Assembly (NCBI GenBank): GCA_043802485.1
Contig: JAZDKZ010000006.1
Span: 2,670 to 66,669, forward strand
Length of the DNA stretch: 64,000 nucleotides
Reading direction: 5' to 3'
Source of the DNA: Candidatus Aenigmatarchaeota archaeon
Lineage (GTDB): Archaea; Aenigmatarchaeota; Aenigmatarchaeia; Aenigmatarchaeales; Aenigmatarchaeaceae
The notes under the pieces were generated by a model that was not told where the DNA came from, searched no databases, and saw only the letters and a list, made by a program, of their open reading frames with translations. How positions within the stretch are numbered: position 1 is the first letter of the stretch; each line of letters begins with the position of its first letter. Both the position numbers and the translations under genes were made by a program. Of the stretch, positions 1 through 9,322 are shown in pieces.

Positions 1-62
1 TGATGCTCTGAGAGAGCTGACAAGCGAAAATGTCAAGAAAAGATTAAAAAAGAAATAGGAAA

Positions 63-698
63 TTATTCTGCACATTCGCCGATTTCCCAATAGTCCACGT
101 CGTCAGAGCATGCCCCACACTTGTTGCCGTATGTCTGGGAAGTTCCATCAATCTTGAAACCACATACAGGAGCGTATTCCATGGTGCATATCTCTGCCTG
201 CTTCTCCTCTTCTGTGCAAGTGTGCCTTGTAATTGTCTTTGATACAGCGTTTCCATTGTCTACCAGAACGGTTATCATATCCCTGTCTTCTCCCTGTTCC
301 AACAAAACTTTCAAACATCCTTCACAATCGCCTGGCTCGACTTGTATTATTGTTGTGGCGTACTTCCAACCTACATAATCAACTGCTGTTGTTGCTGTAC
401 TTTTCTGCTCTTCGTCAAGCTCCCATTCTCTAACACATGCACTCACATCTTCATTCCAAGTGTAGCCTGCCGGGCCTAGGCATCCGTTTTCATCCCTGTC
501 CCCACCTATCGGTTCCTCGATTTCCTCTACAAAGTGTTTCCCATCAGGCGTATTGCACTGCCTCGGATAGCTTTCCAATGCGGGATAGCCTGCGTTTATA
601 CAGTCCTCAAAGCTGTTTATCTGTGAATCTGCTATACAACCAGAGACTATTGCTATTGGGAGAACCAATGCGGCCAAAAAAAGCATTTTCTTGTTCAT
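63..698 (-). CDS. Secreted or lipid-anchored Cys-rich protein with C-terminal Kazal-like domain
   Basis: Signal peptide ending in lipobox-like SGC; several Cys modules; C-terminal CTMEYAPVCG...TYGNKC Kazal pattern. Confidence 0.75.
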   Translation of the reverse strand: MNKKMLFLAALVLPIAIVSGCIADSQINSFEDCINAGYPALESYPRQCNTPDGKHFVEEIEEPIGGDRDENGCLGPAGYTWNEDVSACVREWELDEEQKSTATTAVDYVGWKYATTIIQVEPGDCEGCLKVLLEQGEDRDMITVLVDNGNAVSKTITRHTCTEEEKQAEICTMEYAPVCGFKIDGTSQTYGNKCGACSDDVDYWEIGECAE

Positions 699-777
699 AA
701 TAAAGATTTGACAAGTCCTTGACTTAAAAATACCCGTTTTTGATAGGTTTTGGCCGAAACAAGCGGCAGTGATAACG

Positions 778-785
778 TTTAAATA
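778..785 (+). promoter_or_regulatory. Putative TATA box of the 23S rRNA transcript
   Basis: TTTAAATA about 350 nt upstream of the 23S processing stem. Confidence 0.45.
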
Positions 786-1132
786 CTTTTTGAAATTAAT
801 AACTTCTTACGTGATAACATGTCAAGTTCAATGTAACATTGGAAATCTTGCTGATTAGGCGACTAGATGAGGCTTCTTATGACATAATATGTTGTCCGTG
901 TTGACCAAACCATCAGGCTTGGTTATGCCATATGACTTCGATACAGCTAATTTTGAGCCCTGAACAGGCTATGAAAACCCCCTGGGTAGATGATGGCGAA
1001 ATACGATGCTCATTGCGAAATTTTTCGCGGTGTAAGGGTTGAGGACTGTGAATGTTTTCGAACACCTATTGATGCGCAAGCAGATGAGAACAAGACGGTA
1101 AAACGAGTCCATAGATCAATCATGATCAATGA

Positions 1133-1163
1133 TACCGGCAGAGGTAGAAGGTAGGGTCTGAGC
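1133..1163 (+). other. 5' strand of the pre-23S BHB processing stem (partner 4298-4328)
   Basis: TACCGGCAGAGGTA-GAAG-GTA-GGGTCTGAGC pairs with GCTCAGACCC-CTTC-AAT-TACCTCTGCCGGTA: a 4-bp helix flanked by two 3-nt bulges. Confidence 0.9.
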
Positions 1164-4100
1164 ATATTCAAACCACCAGGAGGATAGCTCAGCTCTCGAG
1201 AACGACGAAGATCCTAGCAAGTTGGGATAAGCCTGGGGTAGGCGCAAGCGGCCTTTGAACCCAGGATTGTTGAATGCGACATCGCACCAGTTTCGACTGG
1301 TAGCCCGAAAGGGCGGTGAACCCGCTGAATTGAAGCATCTAAGTAAGCGGAGGAAGAGAAAACAATTGTGATTCCGTGATTAACGGCGAGCGAAAACGGA
1401 ACAGAGCAAACCGAATTGCCGCAGAAATGCGGTTAAGATGTGGTACCCGGTACAACTTAACTGGTTGACTCGAAGTCGCCTGGAAAGGCGCGCCATAGAC
1501 TGTGATAGCCAGGTAGAGGAAGACCAGAAAGCTGATTCGGGAAAAGACTACCATTCCTCGGATATGGAGTGGGAAGACGGCTGGCATCAACGGCTAACTC
1601 TAAACATCTCGAGAGTCTGATAGCGGATAAGTAAGGCAACTGAAAGCTGAAAAGTATTCTTAACAGAAGGTGAAAAGATCTTGAAACCTGTTGGTGATAG
1701 TTATCCATGGCCTGAAAGGTGCTCTTGCGAAGGAAGACTGAGTGATCAGTGTATACGAGCAGGAGCTTACAGGGTTGTGGAGTCCGTTTCGAAACACGGG
1801 ACGGGGAGTTTGTTTCTGTGGCGAGCATAACTGCTTACGGCAGGCATGCGTAGCGAAAGCGAAATGTGCGTAGCGCAAGTCTGGCACTGGGTCTGAAAGG
1901 GCCTGCAGTCACAGCGACAAGACCAGAAAGCACTTGATCTAACCCCAATCAGGATGAAGCGTAGCGAAAGCTGCGTGGAGGTCCGAACTAGTACTGAGCT
2001 GCAAATCGTTTAGATGAATTGGGGTTAGGGGTGAAAAGCCAAACGAACGTGCTGATAGCTGGTTCCTTCCAAAATGTGCCTTAGTACAGCTCTGTCTGAG
2101 ATAGTTAGTAGGGTAAAGCACTGATTGGGGAGTCAAGGGAAGAAATTCCCAGCTTCCCTGTCAAACTAATAATCTATTAACGTCTGAGAAGACAGGAGTG
2201 AGAATACCGGGGTAAGCTCGGTATTCGAAAAGGGAACAACCTTGCCTGAGGTTAAGGTCCCCAATGCTTGACTAATTCATAAAGTTTGTTTCGATCCCAA
2301 GACAGGAGGGGCGTAGGCTCAGAAGTAGCCATCGCATAATCAACGTGTAATAACGGACCTCTCTAGGATCGGAGCGGCGAAAATGGACGGGAGTAAGTCA
2401 AGAACCGATACCTCAGATTGCGAAAGCAATAGTGTAGGAAGGCATTCTGCTTGGATAGAAGCATCTGCTTGAGCAGGTGTGGACCGGGCAGAATAGAAAA
2501 TCCCGCCGGTAGTAGCAGCAAAGAAAGGTTAGAATCCTTTCCGCCTTAAGGATAAGGTTTTCACGACAACATTTATTGGTCGTGATTTAGTCAGTCCTAA
2601 CCCAACCCTTAACTGACGTTGGGGAAGGAAAATCTGTTAATAATCAGATACCACAGACATACGTGCGGCAACGCTAGCCTGATTGTAGACATTTTGGGAT
2701 ATGCTGACGCAAGTTAAGTAGTGAAGACCGGGAAGTTCAGTCATTGAGAGAACCGGTTGAAGCTGCGAATAGCTCTGCTGTATAGCGGAGTTCAGCAAAT
2801 TTCCAGAGTCCGTGAAAATACAATTGGGAAGGATTGTTTGTGACTGTACTGAGAACCGATACAGGTATCCTTGCTGAGAAGGCAATGGCGTGTCGAGATA
2901 TGCCAGTCTAGGGAAATCGGCAAAATAGAGTCGTATGTTTGCTATAGGACTTGCCTATGCAGAGATGCATAGGTCGCAGTGACAAGGAGGAAGCGACTGT
3001 TTAATAAAAACATAGCTGACTGCTAAGGAGAAATCCTTTGTATAGTCAGTGAGGCCTGCCCAGTGCGAGTGTGTTAAAGTTGGTTTCAACCGACCTAAGC
3101 CCTCGTTAACGGCGGCGGTAACTCTGACCGTCTTAAGGTAGCGTAGTCCCTTGTCGATTAAATGTCGACCTGCATGAAGGGCTTAACGACTTCCTCACTG
3201 TCCCAGACTGGAGCTCGGCGAAGCTACTATTGTGGTGAGTAGGCCACAGACCCTCAGGGGGAAGAGAAGACCCCGTGGATCTTTGCGGTAGCCTGTTGTT
3301 GTTATATGGCTACAATTGCATAGTGTAGGCAGTAGTCGCCATGCTATTGGTTTTGGCCAATAGATAGACGCCGATGTAACACTGCCCTTTTGTAAACATA
3401 TGACTAACCCCATTGTGGGGACACCGATTGGTGGACCGCTTGGCTGGGGCGGTACACTCTTGAAAAGGTATCAAGAGTGCCCAAAGCAATCCTCATCTCC
3501 GTCAGAAATGGAGAGTAGAGTGTAAGCACAAATGGATTGTTTATTGGATTCAACACAGTAATGAATCCAATTGTGAAAGCATGGGCTAACGATCTGCCGA
3601 GCGTTATTGATGAATATCGGTTGTTTCAGAAAAGTTACCCCGGGGATAATGGAGTCGTGGCGGGTGAGAGCTCACATCGACCCCGCGCGTTGCTCCATCG
3701 CTGTCGGCTTCCCCTCTCCTGGCCGTGCAGTAGCGGCCAAGGGTACAGGTGTTCACTGGTTAAAAGGGGACATTAGCTGGGTTTAGTACGTCGTGATCTG
3801 ATATGGGTTTAACTCTTCTCTTTGGTAATTAGCATGATTAGCTTTAGCAATAGCGCTAGCGATGACTTCATGTGACCACGTCTGGAATGGGCGATGATTG
3901 CACCGCCCCATTTAGAATATCTATATGATAATTCGGGTGTAACTTATGAGTCCAATTTTAATCGGTGGTATGTCTGGCCCTTGGGCCTATTGCATGCCAT
4001 CGGTATCTATGTCAGACGATAAAGACAGTACGGTCTCTAACTACTGAGGGTGTTGTTACCTGACTCTAAGGAAGAATGAGTACGAAAGGAACGTTCTTCC

Positions 4101-4307
4101 GCGGCCTCTAGTTAACCAGTTATCGAAAGGTAACGCTGGGTAGCCACGCCGTAACATTTAACAGCTGAAAGCATCTAAGCTGGAAATTGCGGGGAAAAAT
4201 AGGTAACTGGCACAGATAGACTATCTGTTTGATGGGGCAGGGATGTAAGCACGAAGCTTCGGCGACGTGTTCAGTTCACTGCTCCCAACAGCCTTTAGCT
4301 CAGACCC
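1154..4307 (+). rRNA. rrl: 23S rRNA (archaeal, unlinked from 16S and 5S; intron at 3796-4022)
   Basis: Universal LSU motifs (GAATTGAAGCATCTAAGTA, TAAGGTAGCG, CTGGGGCGGTAC, GGGGATAA, AGTACGAAAGGAAC sarcin-ricin loop, GCTGAAAGCATCTAAG); termini approximated from the processing stem. Confidence 0.97.
3796..4022 (+). other. 227-nt BHB-type rRNA intron between E. coli-equivalent G2597 and A2598
   Basis: GTCG-TG|A-TCTGATAT...ATGTCAGA-CGAT-AA|A; removal restores GTCGTGAGACAG of helix 93. Confidence 0.9.
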
Positions 4308-4392
4308 CTTCAATTACCTCTGCCGGTAAATTCTCATTGGTTTTCAATGAACTAGCGTCAGCTATTTAAAATTTTAGGAACTATCTTTAGTT

Positions 4393-4692
4393 ATGAACAT
4401 TCAGGGCGAGTATTTAATTCTAGATACTGGAGAAAAGCTAAAGATATGGAAAGAGCCTACACACGAAGAAGAAGTTAAGATGGCAACAGATGGAGCATTG
4501 ACAATATGTTTGAAGCATATGGCCCGTTCTAGGGGTATAATGCCTCCTGAAGACGGAAAAGCCGCGTCAGACTATACACAAATCGGTATGGTAAAAGAAG
4601 TAGAACATGCTTTGGGTGATTATTTAATTCTACCTGAAGACAGGCCACAGATAATTGAAAGGGTCAAGAAAGAGTTTAGCTATAAAAGTTAG
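4393..4692 (+). CDS. Hypothetical protein
   Basis: 99-aa ORF with TATA-like TATTTAAA about 25-30 nt upstream. Confidence 0.6.
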   Translation: MNIQGEYLILDTGEKLKIWKEPTHEEEVKMATDGALTICLKHMARSRGIMPPEDGKAASDYTQIGMVKEVEHALGDYLILPEDRPQIIERVKKEFSYKS

Positions 4693-4724
4693 CTATTTAA
4701 AGCTTAACTTTTAACTATTATGAA

Positions 4725-4949
4725 GTGATAAATATGGTTGATGGACTTATACCAAATTACAAGGAAAGAATACCAATACTCGCAAAGGGAATAATGTATG
4801 AAGTTGTGGCACGAACACTCGAAGATGCTAAAACTCCTACAGAAGGACTCAAAACAGCTAATGAAATTCTATCAAAAGTTAGTCGTGGGACAAGAAAAGA
4901 GATAAAAAGAGATGTTTTGAAACCATACGAACAAAGACATTCCCTTTGA
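4725..4949 (+). CDS. Hypothetical protein
   Basis: ORF with the same AGCTATTTAAA upstream motif as the previous gene; true start may be ATG 4734. Confidence 0.55.
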   Translation: MINMVDGLIPNYKERIPILAKGIMYEVVARTLEDAKTPTEGLKTANEILSKVSRGTRKEIKRDVLKPYEQRHSL

Positions 4950-5030
4950 TCGAATTAATTTAAAATTGTTTTATTTTTCATATTTTTTTGATTAGACATT
5001 TTTATAAAATTCCTGCCCACAATTAGTGTT

Positions 5031-5099
5031 ATGTGTTGCTGCTGCGGTTGTAAGGACAAGAAAGCCAAGAAGAAGACAACAAAGAAAAAGAAGAAATAA
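5031..5099 (+). CDS. 22-aa Cys/Lys-rich microprotein MCCCCGCKDKKAKKKTTKKKKK
   Basis: ATG..TAA frame, TTTATAAA about 25 nt upstream (leaderless layout), biased composition. Confidence 0.6.
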   Translation: MCCCCGCKDKKAKKKTTKKKKK

Positions 5100-5143
5100 T
5101 TCAGACTTAAATAATTTTCTTTCTTATTTTGTTTAGTGATAAC

Positions 5144-5497
5144 ATGCCTGACAGAATTATAACTCCTAACCAATTCGATATCGATAAAGCGGAATACTAT
5201 TTAAAAAACTCGTTATTGAATGTGCCCGTAATTTTGGTTTACGAGGCAGGACCTAAAAATGGTTGTGTCAGGGAATTCAAGCTGTATTTGAAAAGACTCG
5301 GAGAAAATCTCGGAGAGCCTATCAAGGGCTATTTAACATATGCTAGGGGTTCTAAAAACAAAAACGAGGAATATGTGAGTAAAGTAAAACAAATTCTAAA
5401 CAGAGCCAAAAAGTATGAAGAAGAAATAAATAAGAAAAACGAGGAGATTAGGAGACGTAATCAGCACTCAGGCAATACTTTGATCGCTTCTCGTTGA
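5144..5497 (+). CDS. Hypothetical protein
   Basis: ORF track 5129-5497; GTGA ribosome-binding-like motif before ATG 5144. Confidence 0.55.
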   Translation: MPDRIITPNQFDIDKAEYYLKNSLLNVPVILVYEAGPKNGCVREFKLYLKRLGENLGEPIKGYLTYARGSKNKNEEYVSKVKQILNRAKKYEEEINKKNEEIRRRNQHSGNTLIASR

Positions 5498-5538
5498 TAT
5501 ATAGTAACTTTTTAAATTATCGCCTTCAATTCTTTAGA

Positions 5539-5808
5539 GTGGGCTGGGTAGACAACTGCCCCTGAAAAGGGAGGAATTTCCATCCACCATCAACCTACGG
5601 GTTTGCCGTCCTTCGGGATTAGGCCGAAAGGTTTAGGTAGTCCAATAGGGCCACATGTTCGATTTGGATAATACCGGCAAGGTGCAAGACCAGACAGCTC
5701 TGATGACGAAAGAGGAGCGGGTAGGTCGCATAGACGAATGTTGTCGCAATACAGGGGTGAACGCGCCTGCAGGACCTGTTTACAGAAGATGGGATATGCC
5801 CAGCACAC
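5539..5808 (+). ncRNA. rnpB: RNase P RNA (compact archaeal type)
   Basis: P1 GGGCTGGGTA/TGCCCAGCAC; CR-I GAGGAATTTCCATC pairing with CR-V ACAGAAGATGG; GGTGCAAGACC; K-turn-like CTGATGA. Confidence 0.88.
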
Positions 5809-6005
5809 AAATCATTTTGTTATGCGTGCAGGCATTTAATTAGCTGTTGGTTTAATCGTTATATAGATTTTGCCATTAGGATACAATTTCTGTTATTCTA
5901 TCGTTTGAGTATAGATATTAGAACTTAAAACTACACATATATCAAAACATCTAGTATACGTTATATGACCCACTTGATCAAAGCAAAATATTTAGGTAAT
6001 ACAGA

Positions 6006-6542
6006 ATGGCTTTTAAAATAAAAATACAGAACATTGTTGCATGCGCTTCTTTAGGTATTAAGATAAATCTTGATAAAGTTACGTCTCTTATTGACAACAC
6101 TGAGTATGAACCAAACCAGTTTCCCGGTCTGGTCATGAGATTAAAACAACCAAAGGCAGCTGCTTTGATTTTTTCTTCAGGTAAAATAGTTTGCACAGGA
6201 ACTAAATCTCCAAAAGAGGCAAAAATAGCTATAGCAAAGGTTGTTAAAAAGATTAGAGGAATAGGATTCAAAGCTCCTGAAAACTATAAAGTCAATTTAG
6301 TAAATATTGTTGTTTCAACGAAGCTTGATTTGAAAATAAATTTGAATCAAATAGCATTTAGTTTAGAGAATACGGAATACGAACCCAATCAATTCCCAGG
6401 TTTGGTTTATAGAATGAGAGACCCCAAGGTTACATTCTTGTTGTTCGGCAGTGGCAGTATTATTTGTACAGGAGCTAAAAATGTTGCAGATGTGAAAAGG
6501 AGTATAGAAAAACTTTATAAGAATTTAAAGGAAGTAGAGTGA
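6006..6542 (+). CDS. tbp: TATA-box-binding protein
   Basis: Two direct repeats of EYEPNQFPGLV.R...PK..L.F.SG.I.CTG.K. Confidence 0.97.
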   Translation: MAFKIKIQNIVACASLGIKINLDKVTSLIDNTEYEPNQFPGLVMRLKQPKAAALIFSSGKIVCTGTKSPKEAKIAIAKVVKKIRGIGFKAPENYKVNLVNIVVSTKLDLKINLNQIAFSLENTEYEPNQFPGLVYRMRDPKVTFLLFGSGSIICTGAKNVADVKRSIEKLYKNLKEVE

Positions 6543-6710
6543 TTAAATCTCTTTATTTTTTAGATACTCATAAATTGTTACGATTTATGTCTACACACAG
6601 AATGTAGTGCTTTAATTATGCCCATCACCGCCAATTTCAAATAATTTTCAATAGGTTTGAATGTCAAGCATACAATTACTTTTTTATATTTTCGCTTCTA
6701 ATATTCTTTC

Positions 6711-6770
6711 ATGGCAAAGGGATTTATTACAAAAAACAATCTGTTATCCCTAGAGCTACTTCTGTTATAG
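6711..6770 (+). CDS. Leu-rich leader peptide (MAKGFITKNNLLSLELLLL) upstream of leuA
   Basis: 19-codon ORF with 7 Leu in the last 9 codons; TTTTTATA about 25 nt upstream; ends 76 nt before leuA. Confidence 0.75.
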   Translation: MAKGFITKNNLLSLELLLL

Positions 6771-6843
6771 TCTAGTCCGTATTTTCTGGGCTAGGAATTG
6801 TTGATCGTATAGATCCAATTCTATCCCAGATTGATTATAGCAG
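6762..6843 (+). promoter_or_regulatory. Putative attenuator RNA structure
   Basis: CTGTTATAGTC (6762-6772) pairs with GATTATAGCAG (6833-6843), enclosing hairpin TCTGGG..GAATTG..GATC/GATC..CAATTC..CCCAGA (6785-6830). Confidence 0.6.
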
Positions 6844-6846
6844 TAA

Positions 6847-8418
6847 ATGGTGTTGAGAATGAGAAGAGAAAAAATACTAATATTTGACACGACCCTGAGA
6901 GACGGCGAGCAGGCAAGCGGCTTCCATATGTATCCTGAGCAGAAGCTGGAGATAGCAAAGGACCTTGCCAGCATGGGCGTTGACATAATGGAGGTGGGAA
7001 ATCCCATATCCTCTCCAGGCGATTACAAGGCTGTAAGAAGAATCTGTGAGCATGTAAAAGGGCCTACAATAGCAGCCCTTGCAAGATGCGTTGATGCTGA
7101 CATAGAGTCTGCATGCACTGCTCTGGAACCAGCCATCCGAAGAGGTAAAGGAAGAGTCCATGTCTACATTGCAACCAGCAACATACACACAGAGAAGAAG
7201 CTGAGAAAAAGCAGGGAAAATGTAATGGACATGGTGCACAAGAACGTCAGCAAGGCCAGAGAGTTTACAGACGACATCCAATTCTCTCCAGAGGACTTTA
7301 CCAGAAGCGAACATAGATACACGGTTGATGTGATAAGCAGGGCAATAGAAGCAGGAGCCAAGACAATAAACCTTCCTGATACTGTTGGCTACAGCATAAT
7401 GTCTGAGACAAGAGGAAAGGTTCAGAGAACAATAGATGATGTAAAGGACAAGACAGGAAGAGATGACATCGTCTACAGCATACACTGTCACAATGACATT
7501 GGTCTTGCAACAGCCAACACAATAGAGGCCATTCTTGGCGGTGCTAGGCAGCTTGAGGTGACTGTAAACGGTATTGGCGAAAGGGCAGGCAATGCTGCAT
7601 TGGAGGAATGTGTTGCAATAATCAGGGAGAGACCTGATTATTTTGAGAAAGAGCTTGGGTACAACGTCTACACCAACATAGAAACTAAAAAAATATTTGG
7701 CATAAGCAGAAAGGTAGCTAGCTTTACAAACTCCAATCCTCAAAGGAACAAGGCAATAGTTGGGAACAATGCCTTTTCACATGAGGCAGGCGTTCACCAA
7801 GACGGCATGACCAAGGATTCTAGAACATACGAATGGATAAACCCAAAGGATTATGGAGCAAGGAGCAAGCTTACCTTTGGTCCAAGGTCAGGAAGAAAGG
7901 GATTAATGGAAGCTTACAGAAAGATGGGAATCAAATTAAATAACGGCGACTTGTTCAACAATGTCTTTGAAAGGTTCACTGCTATTGCAGATAGGGAGAA
8001 GGAGATAGACCACTATCACCTTGCAAATGCTTTGTCAGGAAAAGCTATGATACCTTACTATAAACTGGTGTCAGCGAAAACATGGTCTGACAATAGTGGG
8101 GGAAGTGCTAGAATAGTTCTTAGTATCGATGGAAGACATCAAGTCAGGTCATCCTCAGGCAGCGGAATGATAGACGCGTCAGTAAAGGCAATAAACTCAA
8201 TAACAGGCTACAGGACAGATATCATCGATTACAAGTCCATATCAGCAGCAATTGGATCCAAATCAAAGGGTGTGGAAACAGTTGTTGTGAGAAACAACGG
8301 CTTTGAGGTAGGTGGTCACGGCTGCGACAGCGATGTTGTAATGGGATCGATAAAGGCTTATGTTGATGCTGTCAATAAAATCAGATATGTTTCAGATACA
8401 TTCAAAGAATACTTTTAA
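6847..8418 (+). CDS. leuA: 2-isopropylmalate synthase
   Basis: FDTTLRDGEQ, HCHNDIG, NGIGERAGN, HEAGVHQDG motifs plus C-terminal regulatory domain; start may be ATG 6859. Confidence 0.9.
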   Translation: MVLRMRREKILIFDTTLRDGEQASGFHMYPEQKLEIAKDLASMGVDIMEVGNPISSPGDYKAVRRICEHVKGPTIAALARCVDADIESACTALEPAIRRGKGRVHVYIATSNIHTEKKLRKSRENVMDMVHKNVSKAREFTDDIQFSPEDFTRSEHRYTVDVISRAIEAGAKTINLPDTVGYSIMSETRGKVQRTIDDVKDKTGRDDIVYSIHCHNDIGLATANTIEAILGGARQLEVTVNGIGERAGNAALEECVAIIRERPDYFEKELGYNVYTNIETKKIFGISRKVASFTNSNPQRNKAIVGNNAFSHEAGVHQDGMTKDSRTYEWINPKDYGARSKLTFGPRSGRKGLMEAYRKMGIKLNNGDLFNNVFERFTAIADREKEIDHYHLANALSGKAMIPYYKLVSAKTWSDNSGGSARIVLSIDGRHQVRSSSGSGMIDASVKAINSITGYRTDIIDYKSISAAIGSKSKGVETVVVRNNGFEVGGHGCDSDVVMGSIKAYVDAVNKIRYVSDTFKEYF

Positions 8419-8450
8419 ATCCTTTGAAGAATCTCTATATATTGATACTT

Positions 8451-8615
8451 ATGGCACACAAGCAGCAGATGAGGCAGCCCAGCTCGATGGCAGGTCTGGT
8501 TAAATACGACGATGACGAAAAGAGCCTGGTCAAGATAAAGCCCATTCATGTTGTGGGCATAGGTGTCGGCCTGATAGTGATGGAACTGGTACTTTTCTTG
8601 GCAATGCCGATTTAG
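8451..8615 (+). CDS. secG: Preprotein translocase subunit Sec61beta
   Basis: SMAGLVKYDDDE..KIKP.HV motif followed by a single transmembrane helix. Confidence 0.85.
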   Translation: MAHKQQMRQPSSMAGLVKYDDDEKSLVKIKPIHVVGIGVGLIVMELVLFLAMPI

Positions 8616-8673
8616 AAAAACATACACTTTCTGTAAATAAAACAGTTTTATAAGCGGAAAACAAATATTCTTT

Positions 8674-9282
8674 ATGATTGACTTCAAGCTCTGGAAGGAC
8701 GCCCTGCTAAAGCCGAAGCAAACCTTCAAGAAACAGAAGCCCAAGGCAGACCTGGGCGTTGCCATGAAGAATGTTGCAATCGCCGGGCTGATAACAGGCA
8801 TCATTATGGGCCTGGTCGAGTTGAACCTTCTGAGCTTTGCTTTCAACATAGTTTTCTATCCCATAGTCATGGTTGTCTCGCTTCTGCTAAACTCCCTTCT
8901 GTATCATGTTTTTGCCCGCCTTCTGGGAGGCAAGGGAAACTATAACACGCAGACCTATCTGATAGCTCTTTACAGCGCACCCATGTCTATCATGAGTTCG
9001 ATAGTATCTATTCCCCTTTTGTCCATGACAGAAGAAAATCTCTTTAACAACTTGCCTGTGTTGGTTCTAGTCGTAATTGCAAGCATGGTAGTTGGCATCT
9101 ATTCGCTTTACCTTCTGATTCAGAGCCTGAAGGAGACCCATTCTATAAGCACTGGCAGGGCTTTCCTGACAGCCATCGTCCCGGCGCTGTTGTTAATGTT
9201 GTTGATAATAGCAGGCGTCTTGGTCTACTACGGTCTTTTCATGCCTGCGGCATACGAGATAGCGCTGCCTTCTACTGTTTAA
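8674..9282 (+). CDS. Yip1-family membrane protein
   Basis: N-terminal LLKPKQTF, ARLLGGKG motif, about 5 transmembrane helices. Confidence 0.8.
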   Translation: MIDFKLWKDALLKPKQTFKKQKPKADLGVAMKNVAIAGLITGIIMGLVELNLLSFAFNIVFYPIVMVVSLLLNSLLYHVFARLLGGKGNYNTQTYLIALYSAPMSIMSSIVSIPLLSMTEENLFNNLPVLVLVVIASMVVGIYSLYLLIQSLKETHSISTGRAFLTAIVPALLLMLLIIAGVLVYYGLFMPAAYEIALPSTV

Positions 9283-9322
9283 AATATATAAGCCGGACAG
9301 GCCAATTAATTAGTGATAAGCG

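Noticed and set aside
1339-3776. ORFs listed within the 23S rRNA
   Set aside because: Chance frames overlapping a structural RNA.
3925-3950. C/D guide within the 23S intron complementary to 23S near 3632-3644
   Set aside because: It needs a bulge, the boxes are non-canonical and the segment can fold locally; too weak to call.
5697-5720. Hammerhead ribozyme core (CTGATGA...GAAA)
   Set aside because: No stem II between the motifs, and it lies inside RNase P RNA where it fits a K-turn/K-loop.
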